From Flaccisagitta enflata (lineage: Eukaryota), in the NCBI GenBank assembly GCA_965153355.1, contig OZ231126.1, positions 35,216,001 through 35,280,000 of the forward strand: 64,000 nucleotides of DNA. The letters run 5' to 3'. Of this stretch, positions 26,801 through 39,967 are shown one piece after another. Positions within the stretch are counted from its first letter, which is position 1. Each line of letters begins with the position of its first letter. The position numbers and the translations under genes were made by a program. Under the pieces are notes generated by a model, which was not told where the DNA came from, ran no database searches, and saw only the letters and a program-made list of their open reading frames with translations.

Positions 26801-29660
26801 GTGTCAACGAGATGGTTGTTGTTCGCTTTGTTAGATTGTTCGTTATTCGCTGTTGTTGGGTTTACGTGCGAGCGAGAGGAACACGCAGAAAACGATTGAG
26901 AATAGGTCAAGGACGACGAGGACGATCCAGAGTAGGAACAGATTTTGTTGGTCTCGTTTACAGTATTCTGCGGTGGTGTAAAATCGTCGTTTTTCGTCGT
27001 TGATGCAACTCTTGTCGCCATCGTCGTCGTCGTCGTCGTCGTCGTCATCATTGTCGTCGTCGTCGTCGTCGATGTTAACGAGGTAGCTGTCATCGTCGTC
27101 ATCGTCGTCGTCGTAGTCGCTAACCGTCTCGTCTCCATCGCCGTCGTGGTTGAAACCAGCGGGTCCGGCGCTTCCTCCGCCTCTATGTCGGATGTACAAT
27201 GATTCAAATTCGACGAATCTGCGTTTCCTGCAGGATTTTCGTCGTTGTTGTCGTCGACATTGTCGTCGCTCCCCTTTTGTGGGTTCGACAACGACGATTT
27301 TGATGTCGTGGTTTCGTTTTCGATGTTGACGTTGTTGCTGTTGACGTTGTTGGCATTCAGGCCGTAGAGATCCCTCACAGTTATTTCCTCCTGGATTATT
27401 TCGATTTCCCCGATTGACGAGTCTGGAATCTGTTGTCTCGGGGATTTGAATGGAGACTGATGTTGGCTGTTGGATGATGGCAGCTGGGAATGATGGCAGC
27501 TGGGGATGATGGTTTCCAGACATTTTGATGACGAACGGGTAGCTGCTTTCAGACGCTTCGGGGTAGACTCCAGAGTCTCGTTTGATCGTTTTGGCGCAAT
27601 TTCTCTTTCTCCCGGTCTGGTGCTTGTCACGTTGTTGGGAAGAATGAATCGATTAGTTGATTGATTGGGCTCTTGGTGCTCGCTCGTTGGAGATGAGTAT
27701 CGGGTGGAAAGAAATATTTCCCGAGGCAGGCCTGCCCTGCGCGTCGACCTTATCTTATGGTCGCGCCATTTCTCCACGCTGGCGATTGAGTGTTGAATTT
27801 TCTTTGCGATGTCTCTAGTTTGCTGTGGCGTCGGATACGGGTATTGACGGTGCCACAGCGTGAGAATCCTATCATACGCCAGGAGAAGAGAAGGACCCGT
27901 GTAAGGCATCCATCTCAGGCAACGCTGCCGTTGGTCCCTAAACCAGCTGTCCACATACAACCTTGTTTCAATAAAAAAAAAGAGGGATAATTGAAAATGA
28001 TGTTATTCAAAAATGATGTCATTCAAAATGTTTGACTGATCGACTGATTGATTGATCGACTGATTGATTGATTGATTGATTGATTGCTTGACTGCTAGAC
28101 TGATTAAAAATGATTGATTGAAAATGATTGGCTGGTTGACTGATTGTTTTACTGATTGATTGACAAAAAATGATTGCCAATGTCTGACAAGGATCGACAG
28201 AAATTATTCTGTAAAAACAACAGCTCAAATACGGTTTCGACAAGAATTACCTGTTCAGTGTAAGGTGACGCTGTATACACGCGATCTCAAGTGGACGTGG
28301 CCTTGGAGAGAATCTTTCGAAAACCGACAGTAGGATGCATTCGACCCTTTGATAAATGGGCCGAATGTTTTTTTCTTCGAGGAAAATTTTCTTTTCGTTG
28401 CAAAATCGTTTCCGCTTCTTTTGGATCCATCTTCGTAGACACCTTTCGGAAATGTTGTAGCGTCGTTGTAAATACGGAATTGCAGATTCGCTGAGGTATT
28501 CTGCATCCTCGAAATCGTCGGCTAGAACATGGAGATTCTCTTGTTGTACTTCTTCATCTATCCATTGTTCTTTTGCGATTGGTTTCTTTTGCCTTCGTAT
28601 GTAGTCTTTTGCGTCGTCGAAAATTTCCGCGATACTTTCGAGCTCCGCAAGGAGCTCAAAAGTTTGATTGGCAGCGATGTCAACGTTCACTGTAAAGCCC
28701 AACGTGTCTGTTTGAATGGCGAAGGCTGCAGCCTGTTCAAGTTCTTGATGAGATTTCTGATCTCGAAGAAGCGCCTGGTACCGCTCTTCCGCCTCCTGCT
28801 GCGACTTTTTTTTCAATGGCATAGGCTCTTTCTTTTTAACGTTGTTCAATTTTTGCCATTCACGCCGATACCTTTCCTTTAACCGTTCCTTCCGCTGCGT
28901 ATCATAAGGTTTTTTTTCAACCTTCTTTTTGAAATAGTTGGTCCCGGACTCAACTTTGGAATTGAAATTGAAGGTCCCAGACCTATGTTGAAGCCCCGCT
29001 TGCTGTTAAGCCTATTAACGGCGCCCGGTCCCCGATTTTGCGGTAGGATTGCGGAGCGGGGCCAGGAAATGGTAGAGGTTGAAGTGACAGATGAGGTTGT
29101 TGAGTTAGTAGAGGCGGCTGTAGAGGCGGCTGTAGAGGCGGCTGTAGAGGTAGAGAAAAAGGCGGTAGAGGAAAAGGCGGAAGAAAAGGCGGAAGAGGCG
29201 GCTTTTGAGGAGGAGGAGGAAGAGGTGGAAGAGGAGGTAGTATAGGAGGAGCAGGAGGAGGAGGCACTTGAGAAGGAGGTAGTTTAATTGTCTCATTCGA
29301 AGCAGTTGAGAGGCTGTTTCGCTTTGTTAAACTGGTTCTTGATTCATTCGTTGGTGGTGATGACAATGTTGATGATGCGTAAGACGATGGATAAAGCACG
29401 CGCATTGATGAGTTTGGGTGGTGAACGGCGGATAGTGAAGAATAACGCGAATAACGCGCAGAATTTGTTGGGCCTGCATGAGTTGCTGCATGACCGAGAA
29501 GAGAAGAACGACGACGATGGTCAGAGTTGTTATGAGAGTTAGCGATATTGCGAAGTTGAAGGTGGGAGTCATATGGACAAAAAGGTCCGTCCACGATGTT
29601 GTCATGTTGCTGGTTGTCATGTTGCGAGTTTTGCTGCTGGATTACTTTTTCGTTTTCCAT
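23389..29660 (-). CDS. Triple-homeodomain-like protein, copy A (3 exons, about 1900 aa; exon 1 frameshifted near 28980-29070)
   Basis: Exons 29660-28251, 27961-24632 and 24433-23389 with phase-2 GT-AG introns. Three homeodomain-like repeats near 27730-28570. Long P/S/T/Q-rich disordered regions. Confidence 0.75.
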
Positions 29661-29701
29661 GATGTTGAGGTAGAGAGAAAGAGAAGTAGAAAGAGAAGTA
29701 G

Positions 29702-31059
<1,358 letters not shown>

Positions 31060-33246
31060 AGAAAACAGAGAGACAAAGAGAGAGACAGAGAGAGAAAGAG
31101 AAAGTGAGACAAAGAGAGAGAATGGCAAAGAGAAAAAAAAAAGACGTGATCCGCATGAACGGAATGAAAAATCAATGTGCAAAAAAGTACAACTACCCCT
31201 TCCTTATATACCCGAATCTAAAGAGGAAAGGGGGGGGGGGAAGAAAGGCCAGTTTTGTTTTCCTAAAAACCCCCCTAATACAAAGAAAAAACGACAAAGC
31301 CCCTCTATATATATATATTTTACACAAAAAACAAAAAAAACAAAAAAACCGAAGCCTAATCTAAATAAGGAAAAAATTTGGAATCAAAGAAATAACAAAA
31401 ACCAGATACCCCTAAATAAAACAGATTAAGACAATATTTTATCACCTTCAATAACATTCCTTTCCACCGTTTTCTTTGTTATCTCAATTCGAGGACTCCA
31501 TTTGAATCTCCAATGTCCGGGTTTTTTTCTCCATTTCTCCATTATCTCTGTATTTCTTTGGTTGACTTATTCCTCAGCTCCTCTCGACTCCCAAATTTCT
31601 CAATTTTCGACTTCTTCGACTTCTCACTCTCTCTCACTTCTCTCTCTCTCTCTCTCTCCCCCAAACACCTCCCCTCCCTCCCACCACCACCACCACCACC
31701 ACCAACACCAACACCACCTCCACCACCCACCACCCACCACCCACCACCACCAAAGGGGGAGGAAAAAAGGGGGAAGGGGGAGGGGAGGGAGGGGGAGGGG
31801 AAAAGGAGGGGGTGGGGGGAAAAGGATGGGGAGGGGAAGGGGGAGGGGAATGTTTAGGGGTTCCCCCTTATTCCCTTTTTTAAAGATTACCATGGCCGGT
31901 TATCACGTAATCTTTATACTTATTATTTCATTAATGAATAGACAAATTTTTTTTTTTTTTAAATTACCAGCGGCCGAAGGCCGCTGGTAATCACACACAC
32001 ACACGGACTATATGAACGATCAAAATTATATTTATGGTAGTCTTGATTTCCCCTTCGATACCATATATGTGTAAGAAAGAAAAAAAAGAACCGTCGTCGT
32101 GGTGTAAGTACTAGACCAAGTACATACGTACATACATACACCATACAACATATACACACATCGAAAGCAATTACACGCCAGATTGCCATCATCACGCCGA
32201 GTAGAATCATCGGATTATCACCTGTATGTTTCTTCATTAAGAATATATCCGCTTTGTGTCTTCTTCTTCCGCGATCGATATCGATAGCGGCGTAACGCTC
32301 CGTCGTCGTCTCGCATCTTCATCGTCGTATTCGTCGTCGTCGTCGTCGTCGTCGCCTTCTCAATCGATCGATCGATTTGCCGCTAAAAATCCCGCTGTAT
32401 TTCGCCACGAACTCGTTCTTTTGAGGTCGCCACTGTAGCCGTTTTCCGCTCTCGTCGTCGTCGTCGTCGTCATCGTCGTCGTCGTCCAAAGATTCCTCGA
32501 CAATGATTCCTCCGTATATATATATATTTTCGTAGACACGGAGGAGATGATGATGATCGAGGGATGATCGAGGGATGATCTGTTGTGAGGCGCCGCTCAT
32601 CATGAGCACCGAGTTGTTGTCACGAGCGGGTCGTCACGAACACGAGTTTGTCCTCCGTGTGACCTCCATTCCGCACCTTGTTGTCCCGCTTCCGCTCCGC
32701 TCCGTTCCATTCTGCCAGAGGTTGTTGTTAGACAGGGACAAGGACAAATTATTCAATTATTATTCTGCCAGAGGTTGTTGTTAGACAGGGACAAGGACAA
32801 ATTATTCAATCACGCCAAAATTTAGAATCAAACAAAGCGCGTATTCATTTAAACTAATCAAATATGGCTTTTTTGTTTTGTTTTGTTTTAAATCTGTTTC
32901 TTTTTTTCTCATTCTCTGTCTCTCTCTCTGTCTCTCTGTCTGTCTCTCTGTTTCTCTGTCTCTCTTTGTCTCTCTTTGTCTCTCTTTGTCTCTCTCTGTC
33001 TCTCTTTCTTTGTCTCTCTCTGTCTCTCTCTGTCTCTATGTGTCTCTCTCTGTCTCTATGTGTCTCTCTCTATCTGTCTCTCTCTGTCTCCTCTCTCTTT
33101 TTAAAAGAATTTTTTAAAGGGCAACAACATTATGTGTGTTGTTTTTTTTTTCACTCCAAACGCACCTGCCAAACGCACCTGGCATTTCCACTCAAAACGC
33201 ACCTGGCACCATCGCTTCTTATTTTGTTTATGTAGCTTTTATCGTA

Positions 33247-33788
33247 TGGTATTATCATTTGACATCTGGAATGTGAAATTCCTGCGTCAAGCTCTCTTTC
33301 TTTCTTTCCTTCCTCTTTTTCTTTTTTTTCTTTCTTTCTCTCTTTCTCTCTTCCTTTCTTTTTCTCTTCCTTTCTCTCTTTCTATCTTTGTCTCACTCTT
33401 TAGATCTTCAGCGGGAAAGACAACGTATTGCGTATCAACGCTTTTACGTTATTTTATGCCCTTATTTAGTACATTGCCACCAACAGCCTTAATCTACTTA
33501 AGCCATACGACTATATCAGACCGTGTAAGAAGTGAAATTCACAAAAACGCCAAATTCTGGGGCGTACCGGCCTATATCTACGAAGGGTAAGAGTAGCCTT
33601 TTGAGCATTTTGAGAGAAAAAAGAATCAATAAAAATTATCTATTGTTATGATCAATATTATTTTTGGCCGCCCAGTGCTCTAACTGAAACAACCCCCCCC
33701 CCCCTTTTTTTTGTTTCTCCTCGTTACAGAGGACTTTTGAATCCTCAATTCTTACAATCACTTGCCCTTACAAAATCGAAAAGATTAC

Positions 33789-33837
<49 letters not shown>

Positions 33838-35061
33838 CCATGAGCATTCATTAGAGGGGGAAGAGAACGAGGAAGAGGAGGAAGAGGTGGAAGAGGAGGA
33901 AGAGGTGGAAGACGATAATAAGGGAGGGGATGAAACTAAACATAGGGAGAAAGGGAACCAAAAACAACATCGGAAACGCCCATTCAAATCCGGCAAAAAA
34001 TATTGCGCCATGACAAACGCAGATGACTCAGAGGATAACACCAATGACGATGATTATTGCAAAGCTTTTATAAAGCAAGTAATTAAGCCTCGTCGTGAGC
34101 CAAAACATAAAGACGATGATGTTATTATGGACGGGCTGGGGAGCAAAACCACCAATAGTAACAACGAACAACGACGGTTACGCAATAACATACCAAGACA
34201 ACGGATAAAACGCTGGAGTAATTACATGACATTGCAAGACAAACCGATGAAATACAAAAGTTTCCTGCTTTCGGACTCTAAATTTGCGCCGGAAACAAAC
34301 ACGACAACAACAACAACGACAACAGAAATGACAAAAAACAACGACAATCGGCCTTCTCACCTTCTCGACAAAAAGGGTGGACGTGTACAGACACGTTTCA
34401 TGCGCAGTAAGCTCCAAGACAAAGAAGTGGAGGATGATGATGAGGATGGTGAGGGACCAACGACCTCCGCTGATAAATTGCGTCGTTCCAGGAGGCCGAA
34501 ACGAAGGAAACTCGAGAAGGAAGGCGATGAGCAGGAGGAGGAGGAAGAGGAGATTGAGGATGATGAAGAGGAAGAGCGGAGGAAGGCGAGATCGAACGAC
34601 GATGATGATGATGATGACGATGAAGGGAGGAGGGTGACGGGGGAAGAGGAGCGTGAAGGAGAGGAGAAGGGCGCCCCTGGCGCTATAAATAAGAGTACAA
34701 CGGATAAGGACGAGAAACGTAACACCGCGCCTGTCAGAGAGGAAGATAACGAAGAAAGGCAAAAGATTAAATCCGACGAACACGCAAATCTCATCAGGGA
34801 TGCTGTAAAAAAAAGAATCAATTATGAACGCGAACGTGAAAGGCAAAAAGACAGCAACAAACCAAACGCAAACACTCAAAGACAGGATAATATTATATTC
34901 CCACCACTCTCTATTTTACTAGTGGACGATTACATGTTGGTCAACAGTTCTAACTCAACGGGAAATCAAGACTACCATGAGGATATAAACGCGACATTTC
35001 GCCGTGACGTCACTGCAACCTACAAGACGTTATCCAACATTTTTAGCTCCCTTTCCAACCA
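33247..35061 (+). pseudogene. Packaging ATPase, copy A (partial; exon-1 3' end deleted, truncated by gap)
   Basis: SSAGKTT exon at 33403-33587 and ILLVDD Walker B near 34910-34930. Relative to copy B, the segment after gcgtcaagct (about 33293) is missing. Confidence 0.7.
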
Positions 35062-35094
35062 NNNNNNNNNNNNNNNNNNNNNNNNNNNNNNNNN
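35062..35094. other. Assembly gap (33 N)
   Basis: Run of N. Confidence 1.
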
Positions 35095-35108
35095 CGGGAA
35101 AATTGTAG

Positions 35109-35189
<81 letters not shown>

Positions 35190-35193
<4 letters not shown>

Positions 35194-35428
35194 GTCTATG
35201 ACTCTACACACCGCTATGTCGGTCCGTCGGTCGGTTGGTCCCCTTTTTACTTTTTTGGCATTTTTAAATCTTTTTAAGCATACGGCTCCTGCCCAGGTGC
35301 CCTAGTGACCTTCTTCAGCACTGCTCCTGCCCACCCGCACGCGACTAGGGTAGCCGTGTATCCGGCCTTGTTTCTCTCTCTCTTTCTTTCATTCATTCAT
35401 TCATTCATTCATTCATTCATTCATTCAT

Positions 35429-35471
<43 letters not shown>

Positions 35472-35505
35472 CTCTCTCTTTTTTTTCTTTCTTTCTTTCT
35501 TTCTT

Positions 35506-35590
<85 letters not shown>

Positions 35591-35875
35591 GTCTTTTTTT
35601 ATCTTGTTTGAGGCCTTTGGGCGAATCAGGAAGTGACAAACATCATAAAATGGGAAAGAAGAAATAAAATCAAGCAAAAACAAGGCCAACACCTATAAGT
35701 CGCGTGCGAGACTTACAGATTGACTTAGAATATCTTAGAATGACTTGAAATGACTTAAAGAAAGAAAAATTAATAAAAAAAGTAAAATGGGGACCGACCG
35801 ACTGACCGACCGACCGACCAACCGACAGACGGACAAAGCGGGGTGTAGCGTCGCGTGCACGCGACTAAAAAAAGA
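35190..35875. mobile_element. Host SINE-like repeats flanking copy B
   Basis: gactctacacaccgctatgtcggtccgtcggtcgg (35200) and reversed gcggggtgtagcgtcgcgtgcacgcgactaaaa (35840); same family as fragments near 1600 and 1915. Confidence 0.7.
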
Positions 35876-36103
35876 AAGAGCTTTTTCTTTCGTTGGACGA
35901 CCGCATATCTACCGATTGTGAAATGATGTGAAGGTTGTGATGTGCTCTTAAATTCTGTACATCAAGTGCTTTTTCTTCTGCTCAATTTCCATAAGGACAC
36001 GTTAGACGTCATGTTCTGCAGTCAAAAAGTTCGCAGATTATCTTTGGAGGGGATGTTGCAACAAATCTGTAAATTCGTTCAAGGACGAGTATATGGGGAC
36101 AAT

Positions 36104-36145
36104 AGTAGTATGATATGGTACGCTGAACACCCTCGGTTTTTTTTT
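36104..36145 (+). repeat. Terminal inverted repeat, capsid end
   Basis: Matches 5242-5273 with two mismatches. Confidence 0.8.
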
Positions 36146-36515
36146 ATATTTTTTTAATTATTTCAAAGCCGCCTGCGGCATTTGGGGCGGAAAAATTATC
36201 CACCGCCGAATTCATTTTGCCTCGATATTGTTTATACAAGAATGTTTCAATTTTTAAATGATTTCCTATTTGTCTGTCATTGCCATGCATGATATAGCTA
36301 GATAATAAATAAATAAAAAGTGGCGTTATATAGACTGAAAAAAAAAGGTTTTTCATTTTTTATGTTATTTATTTAGGTAGTAATTCTTTGTTATTTACAA
36401 CGGTTACAATTATTATCATTTACAACTGTTATTCGCAACTGCCCTTTTATTTACATAGACATAATTACAGCCGTATATAGCTATAATCAACATAGACTGG
36501 ATAAAAAAACATAGT

Positions 36516-36644
36516 TTAGCGCCGTCGTTTACGAGTTTTTGTTGTTTTAGCTTGAAATCTTTTAACGTATTTTCCTCCCCGCTTTCGTTGCCGACGTCTT
36601 CTCCCTTTTCTTCGTCTTCGACCTCTTCTTCTTTTCCGTCCCAT
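36516..36644 (-). CDS. Protamine-like Arg-rich peptide (42 aa), putative virion core protein
   Basis: MGRKRRRGRRRRKGRRRRQRKRGGKYVKRFQAKTTKTRKRRR; last gene of the structural block; acceptor aacaag about 22 nt upstream of the ATG. Confidence 0.55.
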   Translation of the reverse strand: MGRKRRRGRRRRKGRRRRQRKRGGKYVKRFQAKTTKTRKRRR

Positions 36645-36783
36645 TTTCTCGTTTTTCAGAAGATCCCTTGTTATTTTAATGAATTTAGAAAAAACATCTG
36701 TTATTGGCCCGTCCAAAAAAAATTTATTTAAAGGACCACTTATCTTTTAGTACCTGTTTAAAGCACTAAGCTGAAGAGAATTA

Positions 36784-36999
36784 TCATAGTACATTGGGTG
36801 TTTTTGTCTCGTTGTTGACCATGAAGGCGTTAGTATTGTTATTTCTCAACATGCAAGAAGTAAGTCTATCAAAGGAGAAGTCTGTCACAAGTAGCCCAAG
36901 CACAATGATAATCAAAAGCACTTTTAAATACTTTGTATTAGATGTTATTGTGGTGCGTATGTTGAGAAAAACAGATGGGATGTTCTCATCAACATCCAT
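36784..36999 (-). CDS. Small single-pass membrane protein (71 aa)
   Basis: Hydrophobic YLKVLLIIIVLGLLV; ATG at 36999 preceded by tttttccag|ata. Confidence 0.55.
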   Translation of the reverse strand: MDVDENIPSVFLNIRTTITSNTKYLKVLLIIIVLGLLVTDFSFDRLTSCMLRNNNTNAFMVNNETKTPNVL

Positions 37000-37035
37000 T
37001 ATCTGGAAAAACAAAGCACAATGACGCACAGGAAA

Positions 37036-37590
37036 TTAAACCGTGCACAATTTGTAAGCTCTTTTAAGAATATAGTTTTCAATTCCAAAAAGCCTGTATT
37101 TTTTTAGCAATGTTTTTAATTTATATACACCTTTCAAACCATGATGTGCAAAATACCACACAAAATAAACAATTTCAAAGCCACAATAGTTTGAGTTAAT
37201 TCTTTGCGTCTTCACATTCCAGACATCAAGGTATAAGTCGTTATATTTACAAAAATTATCAATATCCTTTTTCAAGTCTTGATTTGAACGATAGTTTGAT
37301 AATAATCCATCAACGAATATACATCTACCAGTTTTACCAGTTATTCTCTCTATAAGAAGGACAGTCCAGTGACCAACTTTGCCAGTGTTAGTTTCCGAAC
37401 TATGCATAGTATTAATAATCACGGCAAGCGACTTTTGTTTTTTACACACTCTTGACAGTTGAGGTAACTTATCATAATTCACTACAAATCTTCCCTTTCC
37501 AATAGCGTTATAGGCTTTTTTAAACTTGCTCAAATAATGGATTAAATCTGAATCGCTGGTAATGAGTACATCAGATGTGAATAATGCCAT
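37036..37590 (-). CDS. Adenain-like cysteine maturation protease (184 aa, intronless)
   Basis: AVIINT...GHWTVL (His), FVDGL (Asp), QRINSNYCG (oxyanion Gln and catalytic Cys), typical of Maverick/adenovirus proteases. Confidence 0.92.
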   Translation of the reverse strand: MALFTSDVLITSDSDLIHYLSKFKKAYNAIGKGRFVVNYDKLPQLSRVCKKQKSLAVIINTMHSSETNTGKVGHWTVLLIERITGKTGRCIFVDGLLSNYRSNQDLKKDIDNFCKYNDLYLDVWNVKTQRINSNYCGFEIVYFVWYFAHHGLKGVYKLKTLLKKYRLFGIENYILKRAYKLCTV

Positions 37591-37592
37591 AT

Positions 37593-39628
37593 TTATTGTT
37601 CAGCTTCATAGCCTTTAAATGTCGTTCTATCATGCTCAATAGCTAAAGACCTCAATTGAGAATAAACGACCGTGAGCCTCAAAACTTTTTGAACAGGATT
37701 TTCAAACTTACAGTAGATACTGAAATCATTACTTGGTGAAATAGACCGTGGTTGTGTTTTGTTCATAAGTCCTGCATTAGCCCCCCCAACATTATTATTA
37801 GCGCTTAAACAAAAAGGCAACAAAAATTTGTCCTCCAACCAAAGATTGTAAGGCAAGCTGGCCGAACCTTCTTCATTAAGTTTGCCGAATTGTTGCAGTA
37901 CGTAAAAATATGAAGCTTTTTTACCAGCGTCTGTCGAGAAATCATAACCCTCCAGTTGACCCCCATTATTGCTATAAGCTAAGCTGGGTATTTTAACGGC
38001 GGAAACTCCACTTGAGACGTAAGTATGAACAAGACCATTTCTTTGGAACCGATAAAAATCTTCCTGGTATCTACCAACATGTGTCTGAAAACAAAATGTT
38101 AAATTGTTATTTAATGTAATCCATGTCGATAGCAGTCGATAACGTAACTCAATGTATAACAGAGTTATTACCGTATTTGGAGAAAGAAAGACTATGATGT
38201 TTGATATCGGATCTCGTGTCGAAATGTTAAACGATTTCTCCAATATTCCAGTTTCAATGCTAGTACATAAGACAAAAAAGACAAGAGACAAAAAGACAAA
38301 AGATAAAAAAAACATGTCAATACCAGTCGTACTCTTGGCTGGCTAAAAGACAAAAATTGGAAAAGACAGACATGAGTACCTAAATGACTTGACAAATTTG
38401 GCTAGGAAGTCAATTTGCAGGAAAGATTTAGCCAAACGACTTTCCATGGCTTGAAGGAGAACTGGTTTTAACAAAATAAACTCAACAAGTAGTTTAGCAT
38501 CCAAAATCTTAAATGTTGGTTTACTGGCCGCAGATGTGGTTGTAAAATACTTCTCAGGCGATGTTAGATATATACGAATCCCAACTTCAAGATTCGATGG
38601 TAATAAACTGTTGAAGTTTAAGAATGCGCTTTTTAAGGACATGAAAAATTCCTGTTTTTGTTTTTTAAGAATTTTTAAAGTTCTCCTTCCCCTGCCATTC
38701 TTTCCTGTGTGGGTTGTTTCCCCGTCCACAGTTTTGGCGATTAATGCCAGTGCTGGCGTTGTATACTTTTCTGCTTCGTCTTCTTCAAACCCTAAACAGA
38801 CAAATAAACAAACAAATAGCCACCAGTTGTTGATGGACGACTAAGGGCGTTTTCTGCATGGGTAGGGGTGTGTCCGCAGGGGGACCAACGGACCGACGGA
38901 CGGACGGACGGGCAAAGCCTTTTATAGAGTCGCGTGTCTGCAACTGAAAATGTTTTATCGTTTACAGTATTTTTTAACAAACCTTCAAAAAATTGAAGGT
39001 AGCTGTCTTTTTCTTTTTGGGTCCTTTCAAAAAGCATCTCAAGATACGTGATTAACGCAAAATACTGTGACTGGCGGTCAAGTGTGGATTCGCCTATCGT
39101 TACCTTTGAAAAAAAATGATGATTATAAATGAAATGGACCAGATAAACAAAAAAAGACATTTTTTCCAGGATAAATTTTACACTTACAGAAACATCGTCA
39201 ATCAAACCATGGGACATAATTGGGCATGACACTGTGATATTATCATCAGCTGTTATTGCAGCATCTCCTTCTTTTTGGTATTGCACCGTTAACGAGAGAT
39301 AAATCCTGTAGATAATAGATTAGAAAAAAAATTGTGTGAGGGTTATCGGTTACTAAAAAAAAAGGGTTACTGGTTTTTTGCGGTTATTGAAGAAAGTCAA
39401 ATTCGGTTACCTATGTGGATTAAGCAATGCAACCTTATCCAATATATAAAACGAAATCGAGCGAGAATGCACTGAAAGCTCTTGAGGGTCGACGGGTAGG
39501 ATAGTTTTAAAAGTACGGTAGAGTATACCATCCAAAATAAATGACTGCTCGTTCAACCCCCCTAGTACTTCAGGTGTTTGAATTAGTTTTGGCGCGTGAA
39601 AAGTCGGTGGCGCTCTTGTTTCAGCCAT
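37593..39628 (-). CDS. Major capsid protein (double jelly-roll type), 6 exons, about 482 aa
   Basis: Exons 39628-39411, 39305-39188, 39103-38983, 38791-38380, 38259-38172 and 38084-37593, all GT-AG and phase-compatible. Spliced product shows Maverick MCP-like motifs ISFYI, HGLIDDVSVTIG...YFALITYLEMLF, LLPSNLEVGIRI, AKLLV...LKP...ESRL, GRYQEDFYRF. Confidence 0.82.
38830..38950 (-). mobile_element. SINE-like fragment inside MCP intron 3
   Basis: Reverse strand reads cacgcgactctataaaaggctttgcccgtccgtccgtcggtcc, same family as 35200. Confidence 0.65.
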
Positions 39629-39631
39629 AAT

Positions 39632-39904
39632 TCACAAAAAATTTTTCTTTGTGATTTTATCTTTTTTCTTTTGTTTTTTAATTTTCTTAGGCGTTTTTTT
39701 AGGCAATTTTTTACTTGTTTTTTTTGATAGATTTTTAGGGTTTCCTTGTGTCTTTGTTTGTTTTACTGTTTTAGTTTTGGATTGTCTATTTGGTTTTTCA
39801 CCACTTTTGTTGTTTTCACTGATGGAAGGTTCGGGGCTCAGGTGATTTTCGGTCACGTCAGCGATTTTAAGTAAAGGTTCCAATAATTTAAGTAGATTAG
39901 CCAT
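39632..39904 (-). CDS. Lys-rich basic protein (90 aa), putative core protein
   Basis: KKTSKKLPKKTPKKIKKQKKK; lies between minor and major capsid genes; acceptor ccttag 6 nt upstream of the ATG. Confidence 0.6.
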   Translation of the reverse strand: MANLLKLLEPLLKIADVTENHLSPEPSISENNKSGEKPNRQSKTKTVKQTKTQGNPKNLSKKTSKKLPKKTPKKIKKQKKKDKITKKNFL

Positions 39905-39967
39905 ATCTCTCTAAGGATTTGTACAAGAATAACAAAAAATAGGTAGGCATCTTAAAACAATGATAGG

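Noticed and set aside
32256-32784. Small ORFs such as MLMMSGASQQ..., conserved in both copies (59104-59394)
   Set aside because: Conservation is explained by recent duplication; low complexity and no motif. More likely promoter/5' UTR between the divergent homeodomain and ATPase genes, though an exon cannot be excluded.
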